Below, piece after piece: positions 31,255 through 37,606 of a DNA stretch of 37,606 bases (within the stretch, counting starts at the first letter, position 1; every line of letters starts with the position of its first letter). The notes under the pieces are model-generated. The model was given only the letters and a program-made list of their open reading frames with translations. It did not search any database and was not told the origin of the DNA. The position numbers and the translations under genes are program-made. This DNA is from a virus: the IMG/VR virus record IMGVR_UViG_3300045988_011380; one strand, 5' to 3'.

Positions 31255-31615
31255 AGCCGATCACCATCGTTTCCAATTCGTCCAGGGACATCCCCTCGCT
31301 GTTTGTGACGTTCACGTCCACGTTGTCCCGCTGGTTGAGGTACTGTTTGCCGAGGAAGATCGCCATGGTGGCGTTCTTTTCGGCGAGCCGCCACTGCATA
31401 CGGCGGAGGGATATTTTGCCCGTTCCGCGCTTTTCCGCAAAAGTGTCCGAGAAAGTCATGTTGTAGGTTTGCTTGCACCATTTGTTCAGCGTGTCTTCGC
31501 ATACGCCAAACCAAGAGCATATCTCCTCTTCCGTGCATTGCAGACCGCAGAGGTTTTCAAATTGTTTTTGATCGATCTCCTTTGGAGGTCTCCCGGTTCT
31601 TGCCATAATCGCCAC
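31217..31615 (-). CDS. terS: terminase small subunit
   Basis: 132-aa ORF with an N-terminal HTH-like RTGRPPKEIDQKQFENLCGLQCTEEEICSWFGV; overlaps the TerL start. Confidence 0.75.
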   Translation of the reverse strand: MAIMARTGRPPKEIDQKQFENLCGLQCTEEEICSWFGVCEDTLNKWCKQTYNMTFSDTFAEKRGTGKISLRRMQWRLAEKNATMAIFLGKQYLNQRDNVDVNVTNSEGMSLDELETMVIGFDAGSGDSNSPE

Positions 31616-31712
31616 CCTTTCTTTGCTGGCGCTGGATGAATTTCTGCATATCCCGCTTTAAATACGGGCTGTTTGTTTTTGCTATGATTGCTTTTGCTTC
31701 TTCAATCGTCAT
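31557..31712 (-). CDS. small basic ORF (51 aa)
   Basis: Met 16 of the track ORF (MTIEEAKAIIAKTNSPYLKRDMQKFIQRQQRKGG...). Overlaps the stop of the MTase gene and the start of terS. Confidence 0.4.
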   Translation of the reverse strand: MTIEEAKAIIAKTNSPYLKRDMQKFIQRQQRKGGDYGKNRETSKGDRSKTI

Positions 31713-32907
31713 GGAGCAGCACCGCTTCCTTTCCCGTGAACTTCTGCCAGCGGTCAATGATCACGTCAACAAATTTCGGGTCGAACTCCATGCAGTACGC
31801 ATGACGCCCGTTCTGCTCCGCTGCCATGATCGTTGTGCCGGAGCCAGCGAACAGGTCGAGCACATTCTCTCCCGGCTTGCTCGAGCACTGCATCTGATAA
31901 TCAAACAACTTGATTGGCTTCATTGTCGGATGCTCCGCAGACCGCAGCGGCTTATCAAAATTCAGAACCGTAGTCTGGCGGCGGTTCTTGAAGAAATAAT
32001 ACGATTTCCCTCGCGTCCAACCATACAGACACGGATCATGTTCGTTTTCCTCGATCTCGCTCTCGCCGTAAAGACATGGCTCATGTTTCCATTGGAAGTC
32101 CTGCCTTCCAAGAACCATCGAATTCTTTACCCATATAAGACATTGCCGAACGCGGAGCATCGCATCACGGCACGCGCCGTGGAAGTTGTACCCCTCACTA
32201 TCCGAGTGCCAGATATAGAATGGCGCTCCCGGCTTCATCACCATCGCAGCATTTGAAAAGGCATCTGTGAGTAAGCGCCGAAACGCCGTATCTTCCATAT
32301 TGTCGTTCTTAATCTTTCCGGCAGCGCTCTGATAGTCCACATTGTACGGAGGGTCGGTGAGAAGTAAATCCATCTGTGCCCCACCCGTGAGCTTTTGTAC
32401 ATCATCCAGAGACGTGCTGTCGCCGCACATCAGCCGGTGGTCGCCAAGCTGATACACATCGCCGATTTTGCTTTTCGGCTCTGCCGGAAGGACAGGATCG
32501 TAATCATCCTCAATGACGGAATCGTCCAGCTCGTCACGCAGCCCCCAGTCGAAATCAAACGCGGACAGGTCGATTTCCGGCAGCTCCATCGAAAGAAGAT
32601 CCATATCCCAATCGCTCTCGTTTGTCTTATTGTCCACGAGGCGCAGGGCGTTGACCTGTTCCGGTGTGAGCTCGTCCACGCAGACGCACGGCACGGATTC
32701 CATGCCGAGCTTCTTTGCCGCCAGAACACGGCAATGTCCGATGACGATCACGCCGTCGCGGTCGATCACTACGGGCTGGACAAATCCGTATTGCCGGATG
32801 CTCTCCGCCACGTTGTCGATCTGCCGCTTATCGTGCTTCTTCGCGTTCTTTGCATACGGCACGATTTCTTTGATTGGGATATTCTTAACGTCCATAACCT
32901 TCTCCAT
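31702..32907 (-). CDS. ParB-like nuclease domain fused to an N6A/N4C DNA methyltransferase
   Basis: ParB N-terminal pattern (IPIKEIVPYAKNAKKHDKRQIDNVAESIRQYGFVQPVVID). Then the catalytic DPPY and an LDLFAGSGTT AdoMet loop (beta-class order). Start taken at Met 20. Confidence 0.85.
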   Translation of the reverse strand: MEKVMDVKNIPIKEIVPYAKNAKKHDKRQIDNVAESIRQYGFVQPVVIDRDGVIVIGHCRVLAAKKLGMESVPCVCVDELTPEQVNALRLVDNKTNESDWDMDLLSMELPEIDLSAFDFDWGLRDELDDSVIEDDYDPVLPAEPKSKIGDVYQLGDHRLMCGDSTSLDDVQKLTGGAQMDLLLTDPPYNVDYQSAAGKIKNDNMEDTAFRRLLTDAFSNAAMVMKPGAPFYIWHSDSEGYNFHGACRDAMLRVRQCLIWVKNSMVLGRQDFQWKHEPCLYGESEIEENEHDPCLYGWTRGKSYYFFKNRRQTTVLNFDKPLRSAEHPTMKPIKLFDYQMQCSSKPGENVLDLFAGSGTTIMAAEQNGRHAYCMEFDPKFVDVIIDRWQKFTGKEAVLLHDD

Positions 32908-32969
32908 CTCCGCCGCCCCCTCTGCTGCGTACGGCTTTCCCGCCTTTCGGCTACTGTTCCACATAACAA

Positions 32970-33019
32970 AAAGCCACGCTTTGGCGCTCGGTGATCGTCC
33001 GGCGTCTCTGCGTGGCTTT
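32970..33019 (-). terminator. terminator-like / attenuator-like hairpin in the leader of the packaging operon
   Basis: 10-bp closing stem aaagccacgc / gcgtggcttt around a 30-nt GC-rich interior. On the minus strand it is followed by TTTTTGTT. Confidence 0.5.
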
Positions 33020-33029
33020 GCTTATTAAC

Positions 33030-33058
33030 ATTATATCACGGGTTTTTCGGAATGTCAC
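33030..33058 (-). promoter_or_regulatory. near-consensus promoter: -35 GTGACA (33053-33058), 17-nt spacer, extended -10 TGaTATAAT (33030-33038)
   Basis: Read directly on the minus strand, between the regulator stop (33077) and the hairpin. Confidence 0.55.
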
Positions 33059-33076
33059 TGACAGAATACTGACAAT

Positions 33077-33514
33077 TTACCTTCCTCCGTGTCGTGCAAT
33101 ATTATACCCCTCAAGCGCTCGTGTCGCCTTGCGCCATACCGTTCGCTCATCGCAGCCCAACTCATTGCTCAGCCGATCAACGCCGTCCCTCTGCTTGTCG
33201 ATGTACAGCACTTCCAGGATTCGCCGTTCCTCGTCTGTCAGCGTGGCAAGGGCTGTCTTCGTCAGACGCACCTCCGCGTCTGCAAAGCGGAGATTGTCAG
33301 AAAGAAGATCAATCAGGCAGATGCTGTTGTTCATTCTTTCCTCATACGATGTACCGCCGCCCTGCACAGGAGCCGTTCCCGCGGATGCGCTCTTTATGGA
33401 CGTCATGCGTTCGCGCTCCATGTCGATCTCCTCCGGTATGGACTGGATCGCCGCCTCGTTCTTCCGGAGGTTGAAGAGGTCAGCCTTGCATTTCATTTTC
33501 CATATCTCGTTCAC
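33077..33514 (-). CDS. candidate late-gene transcriptional activator (region-4-like HTH; RinA/ArpU/DUF1492-like position)
   Basis: 145-aa ORF. The C-terminus LTDEERRILEVLYIDKQRDGVDRLSNELGCDERTVWRKATRAL is a region-4-like HTH. It lies just upstream of the packaging block. Confidence 0.65.
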   Translation of the reverse strand: MNEIWKMKCKADLFNLRKNEAAIQSIPEEIDMERERMTSIKSASAGTAPVQGGGTSYEERMNNSICLIDLLSDNLRFADAEVRLTKTALATLTDEERRILEVLYIDKQRDGVDRLSNELGCDERTVWRKATRALEGYNIARHGGR

Positions 33515-33577
33515 GTTCTCACCTCATCATTCAATATTTAACACGCTATGCCGCGTTTTTATTTACGGCGGGTCTGT

Positions 33578-33808
33578 TTATATCTCCCACCCAAACTCGT
33601 CCTTTATGGCGTCTCTGACTTCCCAGATGTTGAGGTTCTTGCTGTTCACGCTCTCGCGGATGTTGCGCACCTCGTCCGACATGCGGTTCACGTCCTCCTG
33701 CGTAGGATGGAAGCACTCCATCCACGCCCATACGAAGATCGTCATGGCAATGGACACGGCCTTGTGCATGGAGACATCTCTCGGCTTGCGCTTGGATTTA
33801 CTGCTCAT
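33578..33808 (-). CDS. hypothetical protein
   Basis: Met 7 of the track ORF is preceded by AAAGGAG. 76 aa with a basic N-terminus and one hydrophobic stretch. Confidence 0.55.
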   Translation of the reverse strand: MSSKSKRKPRDVSMHKAVSIAMTIFVWAWMECFHPTQEDVNRMSDEVRNIRESVNSKNLNIWEVRDAIKDEFGWEI

Positions 33809-34178
33809 CCGGCGCTCCTTTCTCATCGTAATACACGGGCTGCGTCCTGTCGCGGTCTTTTTCGTATCGGAAATAATCGCCGACTTCTACCGTGCTATAC
33901 ACTTCTTCCGTAACGTAATATGTCGCCGTGATCCATTCGTCATCCTGTACGGCCTTGATGCAGATTTCGTACTGGTCGGGATAATGCCGCCAGACGGGAA
34001 TCATAATAATTCTGATGGTTTCTCCGCTGCTTATCGTACACGGGATCATCATGAATTCCGTGTATGCTGGCGTGAAAGTCTTTTCGTAGACCTCACCCTC
34101 TTGCAGCTTCGGGGCGCAGCCGCAAAGTGTAAGACACAGAAGCGCAGTCAGAAGCAGCGCAGCAGCTTTATGTCTCAT
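33798..34178 (-). CDS. lipoprotein (early region)
   Basis: Met 19 of the track ORF is preceded by AAAGGAG. Signal peptide plus lipobox: MRHKAAALLLTALLCLTLCGC. Confidence 0.7.
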   Translation of the reverse strand: MRHKAAALLLTALLCLTLCGCAPKLQEGEVYEKTFTPAYTEFMMIPCTISSGETIRIIMIPVWRHYPDQYEICIKAVQDDEWITATYYVTEEVYSTVEVGDYFRYEKDRDRTQPVYYDEKGAPDEQ

Positions 34179-34455
34179 CGTTTCTCCTTTCTCCGTCTGC
34201 GCAGAAGAAGTTCTCCGGCACAATACAATCAACGCAAACGCCGTGTGAGCAGCACAAGCCGCCTATGTCCTCCCAACTGTGTTTGCAATCTTTGCAATGC
34301 ACAACCTTTTCATACCCAAGCTGCACCACCATGCGCTTAAACTGGCTGCGGGTGGGGCGGTCAATATCGACCGTCGGAATCTTTTTCATTTCCTCGATTA
34401 CCAGACCGGAAACGTATATTCTGTTCTGCGGGCTTTCAGCGTCAATCAATCGCAT
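34168..34455 (-). CDS. Cys-rich protein (95 aa)
   Basis: Met 101 of the track ORF is preceded by GGGAGG. Contains HCKDCKH...CCSHGVCVDC...FFCADGERR. Confidence 0.6.
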   Translation of the reverse strand: MRLIDAESPQNRIYVSGLVIEEMKKIPTVDIDRPTRSQFKRMVVQLGYEKVVHCKDCKHSWEDIGGLCCSHGVCVDCIVPENFFCADGERRNDET

Positions 34456-35338
34456 TTTCGTAGTCCTCCCAAATGTTTGCTTGTCCCGGTAGAACGCCGT
34501 CCTCCATCCACCAGTGGAACACCTCTTCGCCGGTCTTTCCCCAGCGTGGGTCTTCGACCTTCCCGCGAGCTTTTCGTGCTTCAAGCATCCGGTCAAACGC
34601 TCGGATGTAATTGCGCTGAAAACCCGGCCATCGGGCAAACTCGACGTAACGGGCTTTGCCAGCCATTGGGCAGCCAACACAACCGACGCGGCAAAATCCC
34701 TCGTTGTAAAGCGGGTTCGTCTCAACCTTTTGATCGGTAAGGTAATCCCACACATCCCGATCCGTCCAGTCGATGATGGGATTGCAGACCCGTTTGCCTT
34801 TCATCTGGCAATTTTCAAAAAGCTGTCGGTCTTCCTCGTTGTCGTTGTTCAAAATGAGCTTTTTCTTCGGATCCGAGGCTTGTACTTCCAACGCCCCACG
34901 GTTTGCCGCTCTTTTGACAGATTCTGCCCATCGAACCCCTGTAACGACAAATCGGTCTTTGCCTGCCGTTTCTTTTAAGACAGCGCAGCAGTACCGTGCA
35001 ATTCGCGTCGGCGGCATCAGCTTTTTGGGAATCAAGCCCCACATTGAAGTACGCTTGCCATGATATGTCGGAAGAATTATCGTGTACTCAATGCCCTTTT
35101 CCTCGAACTCTTTGGCACGTTTTCGGACGTGGTACACCGTCTCGGGCGCGTCCGCTGTCGTATGTGAATGGCAAATTTCAAACGGGATTCCGGCATTTTC
35201 GGCGAGCTTACAGATTACGGCACTGTCCTTCCCGCCACTGTCGGTCAGAAGTAGCGGCTTCTTGTACAGTTTCAAGGACATTTGCGACGCAAGACGCAGC
35301 CGCTCCATTGCGGTCTGTTCCAAGTCCGTCATCGCCAT
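34442..35338 (-). CDS. PAPS-reductase-family (PP-loop ATP pyrophosphatase fold) protein
   Basis: PP-loop SGGKDS, then CNPIIDWTDRDVWDYL, and a C-terminal Cys cluster CRVGCVGCPM. Start taken at Met 15, after GGGGGGTG. Confidence 0.85.
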   Translation of the reverse strand: MAMTDLEQTAMERLRLASQMSLKLYKKPLLLTDSGGKDSAVICKLAENAGIPFEICHSHTTADAPETVYHVRKRAKEFEEKGIEYTIILPTYHGKRTSMWGLIPKKLMPPTRIARYCCAVLKETAGKDRFVVTGVRWAESVKRAANRGALEVQASDPKKKLILNNDNEEDRQLFENCQMKGKRVCNPIIDWTDRDVWDYLTDQKVETNPLYNEGFCRVGCVGCPMAGKARYVEFARWPGFQRNYIRAFDRMLEARKARGKVEDPRWGKTGEEVFHWWMEDGVLPGQANIWEDYENAID

Positions 35339-35398
35339 TCCGAACACCCCCCATTCCACCGCCACACACAGCGGTGACATTTGCCGCCGTAACAGGGT

Positions 35399-35716
35399 TT
35401 ATGCATCGCTGTCACCGCCTTTATACTTCGGCATGTCCGCCCATGCTTTCACGCCGTCCCAGTCGCCGCGTGTTTCAAGTTCAAACAGATTGTTACATTC
35501 ATCGCAGTCGATCATGCACAAGTCCTGCGAGACGCCCCAGCTTGTGGCGACAAGGATTTCCTGACCGTCATCCGGCATTTCGCAGGAGAACATATATTCC
35601 GGAATTTCGTAGTCAGCGCATCCGCGCTCGATGTACTCCATTTTTTCTTCGGCAGTCAGCGGGCGCGTCGCAACCTCGTGCCATACGATTTTTTCTTCAA
35701 ACATCGGTGTTATCAT
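35399..35716 (-). CDS. hypothetical protein, DUF551-like pattern
   Basis: 105-aa ORF ending ...GDWDGVKAWADMPKYKG. The start may instead be Met 5 (35704). Confidence 0.5.
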   Translation of the reverse strand: MITPMFEEKIVWHEVATRPLTAEEKMEYIERGCADYEIPEYMFSCEMPDDGQEILVATSWGVSQDLCMIDCDECNNLFELETRGDWDGVKAWADMPKYKGGDSDA

Positions 35717-35825
35717 CCTTTCTCTGATAGCAATTCAGCAGCGGGTCTATCGGATCGCAGAAGCAGCAGGGCTTTCCGTCCGCAGCGCTCGGCGGGTAGT
35801 GGATGCAGGATTCACAATCGTTCAT
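35697..35825 (-). CDS. small Cys-rich ORF (42 aa), below the track cutoff
   Basis: Hand translation: MNDCESCIHYPPSAADGKPCCFCDPIDPLLNCYQRKDDNTDV. GGTGG lies 6 nt upstream. Confidence 0.35.
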   Translation of the reverse strand: MNDCESCIHYPPSAADGKPCCFCDPIDPLLNCYQRKDDNTDV

Positions 35826-35827
35826 GC

Positions 35828-35965
35828 TTACCACCATCCGAAAATTTTGCCCGCCACCATGACCCACAGTGCGTCGGATATGCAGAGCAGAGCATTCACA
35901 ACCGCATGATCGGCACTGTCACACCACGGGACGCACAGCCGAATAATAAAATACAAGACGCTCAT
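35828..35965 (-). CDS. small hydrophobic ORF (45 aa), below the track cutoff
   Basis: Hand translation: MSVLYFIIRLCVPWCDSADHAVVNALLCISDALWVMVAGKIFGWW. Its ATG overlaps the upstream stop (ATGA). Confidence 0.35.
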   Translation of the reverse strand: MSVLYFIIRLCVPWCDSADHAVVNALLCISDALWVMVAGKIFGWW

Positions 35966-36270
35966 TCCGCACCGTCCATCTTCGCCCCGCAGTTGGGGCA
36001 ATAATCAGAGAGCAGCTCAATATTGTTTATAAGCACCTGCGCAGCGTCGTGGCAGGCCGAGCATTCGTGTCTGTGTGGCGAAGGTATGTCGTTGCCTGCC
36101 TCCTCCCACGTAATCCACCGCGCATGTCGTACCGGCGCAACGTCGGCGGCAAGGGCGTCTTGAATCATTTCTGTAAGTCTGCAATTTGGGCATTCCCCGT
36201 CATAGTCGCAGTTGCAGTGCTTATTGCAGATACTGTTCAGCAGCGTTTCGCGTTTGACGTATTCATCCAT
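35962..36270 (-). CDS. zinc-ribbon protein, unknown function
   Basis: 102-aa ORF with CNKHCNC...CPNC...HECSACH...CPNCGAKMDG. Confidence 0.55.
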   Translation of the reverse strand: MDEYVKRETLLNSICNKHCNCDYDGECPNCRLTEMIQDALAADVAPVRHARWITWEEAGNDIPSPHRHECSACHDAAQVLINNIELLSDYCPNCGAKMDGAE

Positions 36271-36544
36271 TCTGTTCCATCCTTTCTTTCAGCCGCCTAA
36301 CCTTTTTCTCCCGCACTTGAAGAACGACAGTTTCGCAGTTAAAAAGCATTTTCATTTGTTCCACCATGATCTCCACGTCGGCGATCTCTTCGGCGATGTT
36401 TTCCTGCGATCCTCTGCCGCGGAGGTACTTGCAAAGCTCCTTTTGCAGCTCGCTCATTTCCTCAAACGCCACGATGATCTGCATAACCGCGCCGTAAGTG
36501 TCAATAGCCGAGCGGAAAATATCGTGTTCTGTGTATTCAGCCAT
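36263..36544 (-). CDS. MazG-like nucleotide pyrophosphohydrolase (small phage type)
   Basis: Met 20 of the track ORF, 8 nt after GGAGG. IVAFEEMSELQKELCKYLRG...NIAEEIADVEIMVEQM fits the MazG EExxE...EExxD pattern. Confidence 0.7.
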   Translation of the reverse strand: MAEYTEHDIFRSAIDTYGAVMQIIVAFEEMSELQKELCKYLRGRGSQENIAEEIADVEIMVEQMKMLFNCETVVLQVREKKVRRLKERMEQNG

Positions 36545-36704
36545 TGTCATCGCCTCCATCCGTCCGCACTTCTTTTTCAAGCGTTGCGCTGATAGCTTCA
36601 ATAGCGTCGAGAATGCCGCAGCTTACGCTTTTGTCGAGGCTAAATATAGCTCCTTCTATGAAGCCTAACATGAACTGAATCGTTGAGAAGTCTTTGTGTG
36701 TCAT
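36537..36704 (-). CDS. small ORF (55 aa), below the track cutoff
   Basis: Hand translation: MTHKDFSTIQFMLGFIEGAIFSLDKSVSCGILDAIEAISATLEKEVRTDGGDDNG. GAGGGG RBS. ATGA coupling at 36701-36704. Confidence 0.45.
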   Translation of the reverse strand: MTHKDFSTIQFMLGFIEGAIFSLDKSVSCGILDAIEAISATLEKEVRTDGGDDNG

Positions 36705-36931
36705 GGCGTTTTCCCCTCATAGTTGTCTTTCATTCCGTTATTTCTCCGGCAACAGGAGCACTTCTGGTGACGCTTGCCGAGCCATTTGCAGTTGTCGCAG
36801 GAAAGCGCGTCCTCTTCGAGCATCCGCAGCCAGTCACAGTCTGCCGGTTCGCAATGATCGTCTGGGTAGAGCTCGTTGCATAATTCGCAGATGATCGTCC
36901 GCGCTGTTTTAATCGTCGTGTATTCAGCCAT
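36701..36931 (-). CDS. Cys-rich protein (76 aa)
   Basis: Met 45 of the track ORF is preceded by AGGAGG. Contains CELC...HCEPADC...CDNC...CSCC. Confidence 0.55.
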   Translation of the reverse strand: MAEYTTIKTARTIICELCNELYPDDHCEPADCDWLRMLEEDALSCDNCKWLGKRHQKCSCCRRNNGMKDNYEGKTP

Positions 36932-37148
36932 TGTCAATCCTCCTATTCCATGCTTCGATTGCCTTTTCCGGCGTAGAGAAAAGCCGTGTTTGTGGGTGGC
37001 ATAAGCAGAGCACATTGTCGCATATTGCGCGATATTTTTTGACATACTCAGTCGTTGTTTCATCGGCTTGACAACATGTATCGCTGAATGTAATCGCCCT
37101 TATGTACGGGCTTCCGCCGCAGAAAGGACACGGTTTAGGTTTTACCAT
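36924..37148 (-). CDS. Lar-family-like restriction alleviation protein
   Basis: Met 31 of the track ORF: MVKPKPCPFCGGSPYIR...C..C...PEKAIEAWNRR matches the Lar-family pattern from memory. Confidence 0.55.
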   Translation of the reverse strand: MVKPKPCPFCGGSPYIRAITFSDTCCQADETTTEYVKKYRAICDNVLCLCHPQTRLFSTPEKAIEAWNRRIDNG

Positions 37149-37455
37149 AGTTTTTACTCCAATTAATCGCCTGTCCGCAATTGGGGCAGAAGCGGGTTTT
37201 TCTCCCAGCGCAGAGCTCCCCGTTAATTTCGGACACAAATCTCATGCCACAATCCACGCAGTAAAAGTGCTTAGAGTCTTTTTGGTTTAACACAACCGGT
37301 GGCTCCGGTATCCGCTTGTCCAGCGCCGCACACGCCTTAAGGCAAGCCTCGTCTACCGCCTCCTGCAATTTCTCCTTGCCTTTGAACCCGATCTCGGCAA
37401 GGGCTTCCCGCGTAGTGTCCGGGTGAAGGATTCGTTTTGCTGTTTCGTAGGTCAT
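37135..37455 (-). CDS. zinc-ribbon protein, unknown function
   Basis: Met 29 of the track ORF is preceded by GGGAGG. Contains CVDCG...CPNCG. It is the first gene after the circular junction in the early operon. Confidence 0.55.
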   Translation of the reverse strand: MTYETAKRILHPDTTREALAEIGFKGKEKLQEAVDEACLKACAALDKRIPEPPVVLNQKDSKHFYCVDCGMRFVSEINGELCAGRKTRFCPNCGQAINWSKNYGKT

Positions 37456-37551
37456 GCCGCGTCCTCCCATACTGGGCGTTTTTTCTTCCACTTGCGCCAG
37501 CGGATAAAGCGCCACTGGGGCGGCTCGCTGTCCAGCCACTTGTTGAAATGC

Positions 37552-37606
37552 GCGATGTACTCAAGGCGAAGATTGTACCGGCGCTTCTTTTCCTGTTTTT
37601 CGTTCA
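37552..37606. repeat. terminal direct repeat, copy 2 (identical to 1..55)
   Basis: Read directly. Confidence 0.95.

Noticed and set aside
32991-34340. 449-aa plus-strand ORF
   Set aside because: It is Ser/Arg/Leu-rich and low-complexity, and it spans several well-supported minus-strand genes and an intergenic promoter. It is an antisense artefact.
1-37606. Scan for tRNA/rRNA genes, reverse transcriptase (DGR or retron), transposases, CRISPR repeats and toxin-antitoxin pairs other than the MuF module
   Set aside because: I recognised no cloverleaf-like or rRNA-like sequence, no YxDD reverse-transcriptase motif, no DDE or tyrosine recombinase, and no regularly spaced repeats. A dedicated tRNA/ncRNA scan was not possible here and would be needed for certainty.

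Overview
The window is one complete, circularly closed genome: its first 55 bases are identical to its last 55, leaving 37,551 bp unique. It looks like a temperate siphovirus-type phage or prophage of a fairly GC-rich Gram-positive host. The host call is inference from strong AGGAGG-type RBSs, a GH25+CW_7 endolysin and a phiLC3-type holin. Almost all genes are on the minus strand. The early, replication and recombination genes run from 8088 down to 53 and wrap to 37455 down to 33077. Packaging, head, tail and lysis genes follow (32907 down to 15294), then a hairpin-insulated cluster of seven unknown genes (14722 down to 11741). The plus strand holds the lysogeny module (8250-11540: XRE repressor, lipoprotein, membrane-anchored HTH protein, large serine integrase) and one gene antisense to the early operon (7378-7728). 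No tRNA, rRNA, CRISPR array, reverse transcriptase or transposase was recognised. The most unusual observations are: (1) a cytosine-5 DNA methyltransferase with motifs I/II at its C-terminus (circular permutation); (2) a ~185-nt segment inside that gene whose native reading frame is +1 relative to its flanks, bounded by T3 and G7 homopolymers; (3) a MuF/SPP1-gp7 head protein with a low-GC C-terminal toxin-like extension and a coupled small gene; (4) the post-lysis seven-gene cluster of compositionally odd proteins; (5) an orphan HTH-gene 3' fragment next to the integrase, a candidate attP region; (6) a consensus promoter followed immediately by a terminator-like hairpin ahead of the packaging genes. 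Functional calls rest on motif recognition by eye and memory; no database search was run.
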